Under the pieces are notes generated by a model. That model had not been told where the DNA came from. It ran no database searches and worked only from the letters and a program-made list of their open reading frames with translations. The position numbers and the translations under genes are program-made. DNA of 64,000 nt, taken from sequence record PP885688.1; one strand, written 5' to 3'. Numbering within the stretch: position 1 is the stretch's first letter; each line of letters starts with the position of its first letter. Below are positions 1 through 9,540 of the stretch, in pieces.

Positions 1-42
1 AACGGGGCGTGCGTGATCTTCGAAACGACGTAGACTCCCTGC

Positions 43-696
43 TTACCTGCCACTTGGAACCTCCAGAAACTTGATGATTGGTGCGTTGTTGATCACGTAC
101 GCCTCGTTCATCGCGGCGCAGTTTACGAACTCTGTGTTGGGGAAGATGGTGGTGCGCTGCTCGCCATAACTTCCGTGGATATGGCCGAAGATGTGGAGCC
201 GAGGCTTGACGCGGTTGATCGCAAGCAGCAGCTCATCGCATCCCAGGTGCTCTCCACCGGGCCGTAGCTGGTCACGGAGGCCGAGAGCAGGCCCATGGGT
301 GATCAGCACGTCGGTGTCGTTGGGAATGCGGTCCCAGAAGCGGCGGATAGGTAGACCACGCGGCACGTTGAAGGCCCAGTTCATGAACTCGGGCTGTTGG
401 GGGGAACCGTAGAACTTGATGCCCTCGATCTCGACGCCGGAGTTCTCCAGATAGATCGCACTGGTGAGGAAGCTGCGGGCGTACGAGTTCTGTCTCTCAA
501 AGAGAATGTCGTGGTTGCCCGCGATGACGATCTTGTGGCGGTGGGGCTGACTGGCAAGCCACTGGTTGAAGTCCCAGATCTCGTCCGCCACTCGACCGGA
601 GAGCATGAAGTCTCCGGCGTGAATGAGAACGTCGCCTTCCGGGATTTGAGTCAGGCGGTGAGACCCGTGTGTGTCGCTGATGCAAACGATGCGCAT
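43..696 (-). CDS. Metallophosphoesterase (calcineurin-like, MPPED/239FB type)
   Basis: Motifs SDTHG, HAGDF, GNHD, LITHGP, FGHIH. Start moved to MRIVCISD at 696, which has a GAGGT RBS. Confidence 0.9.
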   Translation of the reverse strand: MRIVCISDTHGSHRLTQIPEGDVLIHAGDFMLSGRVADEIWDFNQWLASQPHRHKIVIAGNHDILFERQNSYARSFLTSAIYLENSGVEIEGIKFYGSPQQPEFMNWAFNVPRGLPIRRFWDRIPNDTDVLITHGPALGLRDQLRPGGEHLGCDELLLAINRVKPRLHIFGHIHGSYGEQRTTIFPNTEFVNCAAMNEAYVINNAPIIKFLEVPSGR

Positions 697-752
697 GGTG
701 AGACCTCGTGCTGGAGGTCGGCTGCACCAAAACGCATCGGCCTCTCCATGGC

Positions 753-788
753 TAATACCCACGCGAGAGGCCGATCCTGGATTATCGA
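753..788 (-). promoter_or_regulatory. Class I bipartite promoter motif
   Basis: TCGATAATCCAG-N16-GGGTATTA upstream of the phosphoesterase. Confidence 0.75.
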
Positions 789-801
789 AATGCTTTAATT
801 T

Positions 802-1416
802 TTACGAGAGGAAGTTGTCCATCTGTTGTGTAGCGATTCCGGTCAGTTTGACACTCGCCTTCTTGACCGAGGCGACCTGACGCTGGCCTTCGAGGGTGAC
901 TGGCTCCTTCGCTACAGGCTGCGTCGCCGGGACGGGATCGCGCGGGACGATCACATCGGCATCGACTGCGCCGCCACGGAAGCCGTGCTGCTTGAGGAAC
1001 TCATCCAGCCAGCTGTCGCTATCGGACAGAGCCAGGGTATCGAAGTCGTTGATCGTGACGCTGACGCCACCGTTACGCGCGTAGAGCCACTTGGTGCGAG
1101 TGTCATCGTTGCCAGCGCGGTAGGCGAACTCCTCGTTCTTGAGGACGACGCCGGAGCCGGTCAACAGGTCGATGGTCTCTCCACGGAAAGGGATGGCAAG
1201 AGCCACCTCGGTAGCCTTGGGGACAGTCTTGCCATCGGTCTCTTCCTCGTAGTCGCGCTCCAGTTCATCATTCGCCGCAGCGAGAACCGAATCCTTGATC
1301 GTGATGCCATACAGGAAGAAGCTTTCGTTGCTGCTATCTTCGGTCAGACGTTCGACAAGGGCCAGCCCAGGACGGGCAGACTGCAGTTCTTCTTCGGTAA
1401 CGGTAAAGTAGCGCAT
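802..1416 (-). CDS. Hypothetical protein (204 aa)
   Basis: Start MRYFTV at 1416 with GGAGAGG RBS; phage-like codon usage. Confidence 0.7.
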   Translation of the reverse strand: MRYFTVTEEELQSARPGLALVERLTEDSSNESFFLYGITIKDSVLAAANDELERDYEEETDGKTVPKATEVALAIPFRGETIDLLTGSGVVLKNEEFAYRAGNDDTRTKWLYARNGGVSVTINDFDTLALSDSDSWLDEFLKQHGFRGGAVDADVIVPRDPVPATQPVAKEPVTLEGQRQVASVKKASVKLTGIATQQMDNFLS

Positions 1417-1432
1417 GGGTTGAGAACCTCTC

Positions 1433-2077
1433 CTATAAGGAAAGGGATAGTTGTTTGGCATCCCAGAGGTGTTGGAACACCCGGATGGACTGCTGCTTGA
1501 GGAGGTCCAGGTCGCCGTCGGGGATCTGGAGATGAACCTCGAACGGGGCACCATCCAGCTCGGTCTCGGACACGTGGGCCGGTACGCCGGACTCGAAGTT
1601 CAGGCGTTCCACCTTGATCCGTGTGCCCATCAGCTCGCCAATGAGGTGGAACTCGTTCCAGAAGCGCATGTCCCGGAAGAACAGGACATCAGCTCCATCG
1701 CGACGGGCCTCCTCGACCAGAGCCCGGCCCTTGGAGGTCCAGTACTGCGGATCCTGGGCGCGGCGGTACTCGGTACCCCACCACTGGAGCAGGACGCGCT
1801 GCTTGCCCCATGGGTAGGTCTCATCTTCCGGGGCGTTGGGATCGTAGGGCTGGTTGTAGAAGTCGCAGACCAGCTCCAGAGCCCGGTGCCCGTTGAAGAG
1901 TCGATGTGGGTAAGTACGTTCCCAGATTTTGAAGGCCTCATCGGTCACCTCCGCACGAAGCGGATCAGCGAACGAGTGTAGCCGGATGTCTAAAGTTTCA
2001 CCGAAGTGTTCCTTCACTGTGGCCGCGAAGGTGTCCTTCCCGTGTCGTGCTTTGTGACCCAAGCCGATCAAGAGCAT
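1433..2077 (-). CDS. Deoxynucleoside monophosphate kinase (phage dNMP kinase family)
   Basis: IGLGHKARHGKDT P-loop, LLQWWGTEYRR and DMRFWNE motifs; TGATG coupling to the upstream ORF. Confidence 0.85.
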   Translation of the reverse strand: MLLIGLGHKARHGKDTFAATVKEHFGETLDIRLHSFADPLRAEVTDEAFKIWERTYPHRLFNGHRALELVCDFYNQPYDPNAPEDETYPWGKQRVLLQWWGTEYRRAQDPQYWTSKGRALVEEARRDGADVLFFRDMRFWNEFHLIGELMGTRIKVERLNFESGVPAHVSETELDGAPFEVHLQIPDGDLDLLKQQSIRVFQHLWDAKQLSLSL

Positions 2078-2397
2078 CAGAGATTCCTCGGTTCGTAGTA
2101 GGCGATGGTGAGTGTGTCTTCCTCGCGCAACTCGAAGTCTTTGAGCTTGTCGGCCAACGCGAGAACCCCACACTCCTTGAGCGTGTTGAAGGCATCGTCG
2201 TAGGCCGACAGGCGGTTGTAGGCTTCCTCGACCGGCACCAGCACCGAGATCCGCTCGATGTAGGGAGGCTCGAGATTGTGTTCGGTCTTGAGCGCGTGGG
2301 AGTGGATATGTTGGGGATCCCACGTGTTGTAGACCAAGCGAACCTTGACGTAACCCGGGAGTGTCCGGGCCACGTCAAGGGCGATGGGTGTGCTCAT
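2077..2397 (-). CDS. Hypothetical protein (106 aa)
   Basis: ORF coupled to neighbours on both sides. Confidence 0.7.
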   Translation of the reverse strand: MSTPIALDVARTLPGYVKVRLVYNTWDPQHIHSHALKTEHNLEPPYIERISVLVPVEEAYNRLSAYDDAFNTLKECGVLALADKLKDFELREEDTLTIAYYEPRNL

Positions 2398-3917
2398 TTC
2401 TTGTTTTCGAAGGACCAGTTGAGGAACGTGATCAGTCCGCCGAATGAGGCGAGGCCGAGCGTTCGCTGCAGGCTGGAGAACGAGTGCTCGTTGATCAGCA
2501 ACGAAGCGATGTAGAGGATCGCGACGAAGACTGCAACAGCGAGGACCGCGTTGAACACGCTGAAGAACGAGCTGTTGTTCTCGGCAGCGATGATCTCGCT
2601 GGCCGTAACCTCAGCCTGAGTCTTCTCGATCTCAGCCGCTTCCTCTTCGATCTCCGCGCCGGTCAGGTCAAAGCGCAGACCAAGCAGGGCCTCGATCTCA
2701 CTCTTGAGCGCTTCCTGCTCTTCGAGGAGATAGTCGAGCCGCTTGTCCTGAGCCTTCTGGCGTTCGCCGAGGCCGATGATGTGATCGTGCAGCTGGGAAG
2801 CTTCGAGCTCGTGTGCCGGATCCTTCTCAGGAACATCGGACACCGATCCCAGGCCGAACTCCAGCTTGAGGATGTTGAGCGCCAGGGGACGCTGCGTGAT
2901 GCGCTCGGCCAGATCTTCGATCGCATCTTCTGCGTCGTCGATCGCGTTTTCGTTGGCGTCGATGTTGGTGTAGGTACGCTTCTCCAGGTAGGAGAGGTAC
3001 TCCAGACGGGCGGCGCGGGACTTGATGCAGCGGTCGATCATGTAGACCTTGAGCTCAAGCGCACGCTTCTCCGCTTCGGCGTTCGCAGCTTCCTCTTCAG
3101 GAGTGAACGAACGAACGGCGACGGACTCTTCGGCGACCTCAGCAACCGGAGCAACCTCAGGAGCAGGGGCCTGCTCATTGCCAGAGGTCTGCTCGACCGC
3201 TTCGGCTACAGGTGCCTGGGTGAAGTAGGAAGCGATGGTCTCGTCTTCAGAGACCGAGGCAGGACTGATCTCGATGTCTGCCTCAGCGACGGCGACAGCT
3301 TCAACCTCAACCGCAGGCAGAGCCTCGGCGGCTTCGGTGACGACGTCGGTTGTCTCGTCGAGGACGATCGGACCACCGGAAACCTCGGCATCGGGATCTG
3401 GCATGAGCTCATCGACGATGGTCTTGACGTCTTCTTGGCTGGTCAGATCGACCGTGTTGATGTTGAAGGCTTCGCTGATGTCGAGGGAGTCTGCAAGCGC
3501 CTGCTGCGACGCGCGGACGAGCACTGCTGCAAGCTTCGGAGCAGGCCGGTGGGCGCGAACTGGGATGGGTGCGTGCTCGACCGCCGCTTCAGCCGGGTTG
3601 GGGCCGTTGTAAAGCGATGCGTAGGCTTCGTCGCTCGTCTGCTTGTCAGCATCAACCGGCTCTTCCGCCTCAACGTCGCGGATCACTGTCAGGCTGAGGA
3701 AAGAGATCGTCTCTTGCTTCGGTTTCTGACGACCGCGACCACGGGCCGCCACGTCAAGGATTACGCGGCCAGACTTCTTCGCAAGAGCCGAAGCATCTTC
3801 CGGGGTAAGAGCTGCTACGGTGAGGTTGAAAAGTGGAACATCTTTGCCGGACTTCTCGGACTTCTTGTAGTCCGACTCCCGGTAGTAGGTAACTTCGTAG
3901 TTCTTAGTCTTCGGCAT
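2394..3917 (-). CDS. Acidic coiled-coil protein with two C-terminal TM helices (507 aa)
   Basis: Glu/Ala-rich middle, heptad-like region, hydrophobic C-terminus; GGAGG RBS and a class I motif upstream. Confidence 0.75.
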   Translation of the reverse strand: MPKTKNYEVTYYRESDYKKSEKSGKDVPLFNLTVAALTPEDASALAKKSGRVILDVAARGRGRQKPKQETISFLSLTVIRDVEAEEPVDADKQTSDEAYASLYNGPNPAEAAVEHAPIPVRAHRPAPKLAAVLVRASQQALADSLDISEAFNINTVDLTSQEDVKTIVDELMPDPDAEVSGGPIVLDETTDVVTEAAEALPAVEVEAVAVAEADIEISPASVSEDETIASYFTQAPVAEAVEQTSGNEQAPAPEVAPVAEVAEESVAVRSFTPEEEAANAEAEKRALELKVYMIDRCIKSRAARLEYLSYLEKRTYTNIDANENAIDDAEDAIEDLAERITQRPLALNILKLEFGLGSVSDVPEKDPAHELEASQLHDHIIGLGERQKAQDKRLDYLLEEQEALKSEIEALLGLRFDLTGAEIEEEAAEIEKTQAEVTASEIIAAENNSSFFSVFNAVLAVAVFVAILYIASLLINEHSFSSLQRTLGLASFGGLITFLNWSFENKK

Positions 3918-3937
3918 CTGCGAAAACCTCCACAGGT

Positions 3938-3973
3938 CAATACCCTCTGGAGGGGCCGAAACTGAATTATCAA
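3938..3973 (-). promoter_or_regulatory. Class I bipartite promoter motif
   Basis: TTGATAATTCAG-N16-GGGTATTG, back to back with a class II motif. Confidence 0.7.
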
Positions 3974-3996
3974 AATGAAAAAACTTTTCTTATTAC

Positions 3997-4031
3997 AAAT
4001 TCATCTTTGGCTTTTCTTGGTCCGTAGGTTG
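3997..4031 (+). promoter_or_regulatory. Class II bipartite promoter motif
   Basis: AAATTCATCTTTG-N13-CGTAGGTTG, followed by an RBS and the ATG at 4051. Confidence 0.75.
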
Positions 4032-4050
4032 TAATTGAGGGACATTCAAC

Positions 4051-4404
4051 ATGAACGTGATCGAAACTATCCGCACCGCCACCGAGATTGCCCAGAACCT
4101 TATCAACACCTCCACCAGCCGCCAGTCGCCCAAAGACATCCTCGAAGACAACCGCGACTACTTCGAAAATCGCTTCGGTCAGCCCACGACCGACGTCGTA
4201 TTTCGCAAAGTAGCGACTCCCCTGACCCAGGTAACCTTCCTCGACGGCTCCGGCAAAGCCTACGAAACCGACATAGATACGCTTGCCCTGATGCAGCAGC
4301 TGCGTGCCGAAAATAACCTCTCAGGCGTCGAGATGATTCTCGATCTGGGTCTTGCGTTCGGTCGTATCAAAGCAGTAGTCTCTTCAACCAGCCTGTCTAA
4401 CTAA
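4051..4404 (+). CDS. Hypothetical protein (117 aa)
   Basis: GAGG RBS and class II motif upstream. Confidence 0.7.
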   Translation: MNVIETIRTATEIAQNLINTSTSRQSPKDILEDNRDYFENRFGQPTTDVVFRKVATPLTQVTFLDGSGKAYETDIDTLALMQQLRAENNLSGVEMILDLGLAFGRIKAVVSSTSLSN

Positions 4405-4460
4405 CTCTCCCCCATCACGAGCGGCCCGGCGCTATATCCGGCAAAGGAACGGGTGCACGC

Positions 4461-4694
4461 GTGAGAGCACGAGACCTCATAGGACGCAAGATCGTCGCCG
4501 TGGACTTCAGAGTCTTTCAGACCGGCATCGGACAGGGGAAAGCGGTAAACCCCATCCTCACACTCGACAATGGCCGCAAACTTTCCTTCGGTTGCTCGGA
4601 GGCGGTCCACACCCACGGCATCAACATGCAGCTCAGTGAGAAACCGAAGAAGGACAATGACGTTGGCTGCGCAATCGTCAAGAAAACCAAGTAG
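4461..4694 (+). CDS. Hypothetical protein (77 aa)
   Basis: ORF in the plus-strand island, GTG start. Confidence 0.55.
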   Translation: MRARDLIGRKIVAVDFRVFQTGIGQGKAVNPILTLDNGRKLSFGCSEAVHTHGINMQLSEKPKKDNDVGCAIVKKTK

Positions 4695-4695
4695 C

Positions 4696-4730
4696 AAAGT
4701 CATCTTTGGTCGGGTTCGGTCTGTAGGTTG
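4696..4730 (+). promoter_or_regulatory. Class II bipartite promoter motif
   Basis: AAAGTCATCTTTG-N13-TGTAGGTTG. Confidence 0.8.
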
Positions 4731-4747
4731 AGTAAGAGGACACAGCC

Positions 4748-5182
4748 ATGGGCACACGCTGCAAAGCAGAGATCGAGTTCAAACAGAAATACCCCTTCGC
4801 CCACACACGTGGTACTGGGCGCTACATCGCGGGCTACGAGATCGTCCAGGTCTTCTGCGGCGATTACCTTTGCTCCGAGGGCCTCACCGCCGCCCGTGCT
4901 TACAAGGTCGCGCTGGAACTGGAGAGTGAAGGTCTCATCAGCCCTGACCCCGATGAGCAGCGGATTGTTGATGAGTGCCCGGCAGTGTCTACGCCGGTTG
5001 AGGGCCTCTGCTGGAAGGTGAGGACGGTCTTCGATCGCGGCCCCCAGTCTCACTACCGCTATAGCGTGACCGGCGACATCCTCGACACCGACCGCACCCC
5101 TCGGCCCTTCAGCTGGGCCGTCCCCGACATCAGCAACCCGACGTATGATCTGTCGGAGGCACGTTATCTCAACGAAATCTAA
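4748..5182 (+). CDS. Hypothetical protein (144 aa)
   Basis: AGAGGA RBS and class II motif upstream. Confidence 0.7.
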   Translation: MGTRCKAEIEFKQKYPFAHTRGTGRYIAGYEIVQVFCGDYLCSEGLTAARAYKVALELESEGLISPDPDEQRIVDECPAVSTPVEGLCWKVRTVFDRGPQSHYRYSVTGDILDTDRTPRPFSWAVPDISNPTYDLSEARYLNEI

Positions 5183-5193
5183 ACATTCCAAAA

Positions 5194-5871
5194 GTGAAAG
5201 AGAGTCAACACTTGAAGATTGCACTATTTCTCTGCCTTGCCATACCCTGCGCCGCCCAAACAGCGGGCAAGACCGCAACCAAGCCAGCACCTAAAGCAGC
5301 GCCAGGGGGGCCAACCCTGAAATCGCTCACAGGGGTCACGCTGTATGGGTGCCTCTACTACCCGGGGTCGGACAATCCGAGGGCCTCATTCAACCCGCAG
5401 TACTTCAACGCGACAGACGCCGACGATAAGCCAATAAACAATGATCTCGCCACCTATCAGTTCGAGACCGGTGACCAGATCCTGATCCGGGGAGCGCACA
5501 CCGATATGGCAATAGTGCCGGACCGACCTAAGAACCGCCCCACTGTGATGGTCACTCTGGACATCGAGAACAAGACCAACGCCGTGTGGGCCAGCGTCAA
5601 CGTCGAGGTGCCCAGGTCGCAGTTGACCTCAGCTGGAGTCCTGAAGGCCATTGACGACCAAGCGACCTGGTACAGCCGGACGCCGGTCAAAGATCACACG
5701 TGGCCGAGGATCGGGATGACTGAAAGCGATGTCCACTGCCGAATCGGCTATCCGCAGCACACCAACTCGGACGACCTGAGTGGCGACCAACTCGTCTACT
5801 ACGACGGTAGACTGTATGTGTACATCAGCAACCGCACTGGCCGAGTTACAAACGTCCAGAGCTCTGATTAG
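5194..5871 (+). CDS. Exported protein with C-terminal SmpA/BamE-like motif
   Basis: Signal peptide IALFLCLAIPCAAQ; IGMTESDVHCRIGYP...VYY...GRVTNVQS pattern. Confidence 0.6.
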   Translation: MKESQHLKIALFLCLAIPCAAQTAGKTATKPAPKAAPGGPTLKSLTGVTLYGCLYYPGSDNPRASFNPQYFNATDADDKPINNDLATYQFETGDQILIRGAHTDMAIVPDRPKNRPTVMVTLDIENKTNAVWASVNVEVPRSQLTSAGVLKAIDDQATWYSRTPVKDHTWPRIGMTESDVHCRIGYPQHTNSDDLSGDQLVYYDGRLYVYISNRTGRVTNVQSSD

Positions 5872-5882
5872 TAAGAGGACGT

Positions 5883-6179
5883 ATGGCAGAGAACAACGGA
5901 GACCACCACCCGAAGTTTCAGCTTGGTGGAATGACAATCACCCCAGACGCTACTGAGGCGCTGCAGAAGTCGGGGGACAACGTAGCTCTCCTGATTCGCA
6001 GACACATGTCAGGGGACTGGGGAGATCTGGACGACTACGACAAGAGCCAGAATGACGAAGGCGTCGTGCATGGTCTAAGAATCCTGTCGGCTTACACCTT
6101 ATCGTCGGGTGAAAAGCTCTGGGTGATCACCGAAGGCGACCGGTCCTTCACTACGGTGCTGACGCCTGACGAGTACTGA
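5883..6179 (+). CDS. Conserved plasmid/phage small protein (GDWG / WVITE..RS.TTVL.P.EY family)
   Basis: RHMSGDWGDL and KLWVITEGDRSFTTVLTPDEY signature of a widespread mobile-element family of unknown function. Confidence 0.75.
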   Translation: MAENNGDHHPKFQLGGMTITPDATEALQKSGDNVALLIRRHMSGDWGDLDDYDKSQNDEGVVHGLRILSAYTLSSGEKLWVITEGDRSFTTVLTPDEY

Positions 6180-6289
6180 CGAACCGTCTGCAGCTCAGCC
6201 ACATGTTCATCGCCATAGAGAGAAGTCTGCCGGGCATCAAAGCGTGCCTGGTCGAGTAGCTCTTCGGGAGATAACTTGCGCCGTGCCAT
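6092..6289 (-). CDS. Possible small hypothetical protein (65 aa)
   Basis: TAATG coupling to the upstream ORF, but it overlaps the convergent plus-strand gene by 88 nt. Confidence 0.35.
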   Translation of the reverse strand: MARRKLSPEELLDQARFDARQTSLYGDEHVAELQTVRQYSSGVSTVVKDRSPSVITQSFSPDDKV

Positions 6290-6762
6290 TAGATACGTGC
6301 TCCTCGCACCCTGAGGGCCAGCATGACGTCCGCGTCCATCGGAGGATGGTTTCCCAGCACACAATCCACAAGCAGCTTGCGCAGCGGCTTAGGATCGTTC
6401 CCTTCGCGAATAGCATCGGCCACCACGCGCACGGCGATACCACGGGAGACCGTTGGGCCCATCGTCTTCACGAACGCGCCCCACACCCCTCCTATGTCGT
6501 TGTTGATGGCATTCACGCAGTCGTTGATGACTGGCGTCTCCAGCTTGTAAGAGAGACCCAGCGTCGTCGCAGTCCGCTCCATGGAGGAGAGATCCGGAAT
6601 GACCAGGGTGAACTCACGATTCGGATACCGGCGGAGGACGAGACGCTCGACCTTAGTGTTCGTCCAGGAGACGGTGACGGCTTCATTGCTGAGAGGCAGC
6701 AGAGGTTCCATCTCGATGATGCCGGGACCGCCGTAGTTCTTCTGGACCTTGAGAGTGATCAT
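6289..6762 (-). CDS. Hypothetical protein (157 aa)
   Basis: ATGA overlap with the BCS1-like gene. Confidence 0.7.
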   Translation of the reverse strand: MITLKVQKNYGGPGIIEMEPLLPLSNEAVTVSWTNTKVERLVLRRYPNREFTLVIPDLSSMERTATTLGLSYKLETPVINDCVNAINNDIGGVWGAFVKTMGPTVSRGIAVRVVADAIREGNDPKPLRKLLVDCVLGNHPPMDADVMLALRVRGARI

Positions 6763-7988
6763 GCCTTACCCCTGGAAGCCATAGCCTGCGCGTCGGCAAT
6801 CGTTGTCTGCTCGGGCAGGGAAGCGCGGAACTCCTCCCATGACTTCTGCGGGAAGTACTCGGAGACCTTGTCGTAGAACCGGCGGAGCTCTTCTTCGCGG
6901 GCGAAGTCGACCACGAACTTGCGATCGATCCGGCCTGAGCGAACCAGTGCGGCGTCGATCTTCTCGGGCTCGTTCGCCGTCATGAAGATGATCCGGTCCT
7001 CACTGGCACCGAGACCGTCGATCGCATTCAGCAGATCAGACATGGTGATGCGTGCGTCCGATTCGCTCTCACGCGTCTGGGCGGCGGCGATACAGTCGAT
7101 ATCCTCGAAGACGACGATGGATGGCTTGGAGCACTGGTTGAGCAACTGGGACAGGCGCTCTCCATCCATACCCGTCGCCTGTAATGCCACAACGTAGACC
7201 GGCAGTTTCAGATGGGACGCGAGAGCGAGGATCATCGTAGACTTGCCGGTGCCCGGAGGTCCGGAGAGCTGGTAGCCCTTGCGGTACGGGAAGCCAAGCG
7301 CAGCGTACGCGTCCTTGCTCGCGAGGAACTTTTTGATATCGGCAACGATCTCGTCAATCAGCTCCGGCGGATAGAACGTGGTGTCGAGCTTTCGCGGCGA
7401 TATGGGCGAAGGCTCCCAGTTGCCATAGAGGTATCTGTAGAGGTCGACGTGCGGCGGCATGTTGGCGAGATAGTCGGCCTGGGCCTCGGCGAGGATGTCC
7501 ATGATGATCTCCCGGCGACGCGTGAACCATACCTGGATCCGCAGCCAGTGCATCTTCTTCGTCGTACCGGCAGCAGCTCCGGCAGGTGTAGCTTCATCCG
7601 GCCAGTGGTCGATGATCATCGGCAGCTTGTGCTTCCAGCGCATGTAATAGGTGCCATACGCGGGGATCAGACTGTAGCCGGGGCTGGATCCTTTGTGCTT
7701 GCGCTGAGAGGGTGAGTCGTCGTTCCGTTCCTTATTGCGGCGGAGCAGAAGAGCGCTGATACCCCGCGTCTTGAGGTGCTTCTCGACCCAGTGGCTCACC
7801 CATGCGTAAGCCTCGGGGTCGTCGTTGTCTTCCACGGTGATCGTCAGGCTGACTTTGTTGATGGCCCAGCCGATGGTGTGCTTGTAGATGAAGTCCCAGG
7901 CAGATTTGAGGCCGCCCGTCACCACCCCGACGCCAAGAATGGCCCAGGGTGGCACGGACTTCAGGAAGGCGGGTGATGTCAGAGGCAT
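6759..7988 (-). CDS. BCS1-like AAA+ ATPase (N-terminal TM, BCS1_N-like domain, AAA)
   Basis: N-terminal hydrophobic segment; TITVEDNDDPEAYAWV; Y.ALGFPYRKGYQLSGPPGTGKS; VVFEDID; LLNAIDG; FMTAN; DAALVRSGRID. Confidence 0.85.
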   Translation of the reverse strand: MPLTSPAFLKSVPPWAILGVGVVTGGLKSAWDFIYKHTIGWAINKVSLTITVEDNDDPEAYAWVSHWVEKHLKTRGISALLLRRNKERNDDSPSQRKHKGSSPGYSLIPAYGTYYMRWKHKLPMIIDHWPDEATPAGAAAGTTKKMHWLRIQVWFTRRREIIMDILAEAQADYLANMPPHVDLYRYLYGNWEPSPISPRKLDTTFYPPELIDEIVADIKKFLASKDAYAALGFPYRKGYQLSGPPGTGKSTMILALASHLKLPVYVVALQATGMDGERLSQLLNQCSKPSIVVFEDIDCIAAAQTRESESDARITMSDLLNAIDGLGASEDRIIFMTANEPEKIDAALVRSGRIDRKFVVDFAREEELRRFYDKVSEYFPQKSWEEFRASLPEQTTIADAQAMASRGKA

Positions 7989-8004
7989 GGCTCAGCCTTT
8001 CTGG

Positions 8005-9540
8005 TTACAGTTCGTCGTCGTCGAAGTCGAAGTTCAGAGGCTTGCGTGTGGAGACAGGTGCTGCGGCGGCCTTGACCGGCTCAGGCTTCGGAGCCTCAAC
8101 CACCTTGGCGACCTCGACCACAGGAGCGGGGACGATGACCTCTTCCTTGACCGGGGACGCAATGTCTTCCAGCTCATCGTCGAAGTCCACCACCTTGCGC
8201 GTCGGAATGGGCTGCTTGATCGGCTCGGCGGCAAACCCGACTGTGGGATCAACGACCTTCTTCTCCTCGATGATGCTTACCTCGGTGGGCTCGAAGAGAC
8301 GCTCAAGGTTTGCAGCCTCAGCCTGGGCGAGCATCTCGTCTTCCAGATGCTCCAACTCACTGTCGGAGACATCGGTCAGATCCGGTGCGCTGGCCTCGGG
8401 GTCGAGCTCGATGTGGTAGCCAGCGTCGCCCTCTTCGACGACCGACTCTGCTTCCTCGCTCTCGTCTTCGGACTCCTCATCGTCGTAGTCTTCGTTCTCC
8501 TCTTCAGGATCGTGAACTACGGTGACGGGCTGAGGTGTGCCAGTCTTGACGAAGGTGCCCTTGATCTCCGGCGTCTCGGCCACATCTTCTGCAGCTCTCT
8601 CGGCCAGCTCCAGCTCAATCTCCGCCGTGGCGACGGCTTCGGTCCAGTCTTCAGCTTCGACGGCGGGAGCAGCTTCCACAGCAGCCGCCGCGTCCGCGCG
8701 ATCTGCGGCCTGTTCCGCCGCGATCTCAGCATTCGCAATGGCGCGATCTTCGTCCGTCCAGTCATCGAAGTTGGCCTGCTTGATGGTGTCTTCCACGACG
8801 GCTGTGGCGATAGGCTCCACCACACCCTTCACTTCACCAGTCTTGGAGACGTAGGGAACGCTCTCTTCCTCACCCTCATCGTCGTAGCCATTGGAGAGGA
8901 CGCCGAGCTCGGGGCCGGTGCCGCTGATTCCCAGAGCGTTCGGCAGAAGGTTTGCCCAGGACGAGTTCGCTTGTTCGCGACCCAGATCGAAGGTGGTCTT
9001 CGCCATCGTCCGCTTGCTGTCGAGGCGCTTCACTTCGATCTTGAGAGCTTCGACCAGTGCTTCAATCGAAACGTCGGTCCGGTTCATCAGGCGTGAGTAC
9101 TCGCTGGTGGCGAGGTTCTTGATGTTGGTCGCGGGCAGCTTGATCTCTGCGTCCTGTAGGACCGAGAGCGCCGCCAGGTAGTACCACGACTCGAACGCGG
9201 CCCGGAGCTCATCGGAGTCCGACTTGGCTCGCATGAGATCGCCCTGGAAACGAATGACTTTGATCTTCCACTTCTCGATCTGGTCCTGGATGTCGCCGAG
9301 CGCGTTGAGCAGCTCCTGTTCGTATTTGACGGCGATGCCTTTGTTGACTGAGTCGAGCAGCTTGATGCGCTGGATCCCGTCGATGTTGTTCTGCAGGTAG
9401 CTGAAATGGTCCTCGAACGACACGTGCTTGTCGTCGGTCTTATAGTTCAGCGAGGCCTTCAGGTTCTCTACCTGGGTGAGGACGAAGGAGTCGGCGAGCA
9501 GGCTCTCAGCCTTCAGCAGGTTCATGATGTTGTTGCTCAT
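8005..9540 (-). CDS. Helical protein with long acidic low-complexity C-terminus (N-half possibly UvsY-like recombination mediator)
   Basis: N-terminal coiled coils, E/D/A-rich tail. The UvsY resemblance is by eye only. Confidence 0.6.
   Translation of the reverse strand: MSNNIMNLLKAESLLADSFVLTQVENLKASLNYKTDDKHVSFEDHFSYLQNNIDGIQRIKLLDSVNKGIAVKYEQELLNALGDIQDQIEKWKIKVIRFQGDLMRAKSDSDELRAAFESWYYLAALSVLQDAEIKLPATNIKNLATSEYSRLMNRTDVSIEALVEALKIEVKRLDSKRTMAKTTFDLGREQANSSWANLLPNALGISGTGPELGVLSNGYDDEGEEESVPYVSKTGEVKGVVEPIATAVVEDTIKQANFDDWTDEDRAIANAEIAAEQAADRADAAAAVEAAPAVEAEDWTEAVATAEIELELAERAAEDVAETPEIKGTFVKTGTPQPVTVVHDPEEENEDYDDEESEDESEEAESVVEEGDAGYHIELDPEASAPDLTDVSDSELEHLEDEMLAQAEAANLERLFEPTEVSIIEEKKVVDPTVGFAAEPIKQPIPTRKVVDFDDELEDIASPVKEEVIVPAPVVEVAKVVEAPKPEPVKAAAAPVSTRKPLNFDFDDDEL

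Noticed and set aside
5883-6179. Type I restriction-modification subunit label often attached to this family
   Set aside because: It is 98 aa with no methyltransferase motifs and no hsd neighbours.
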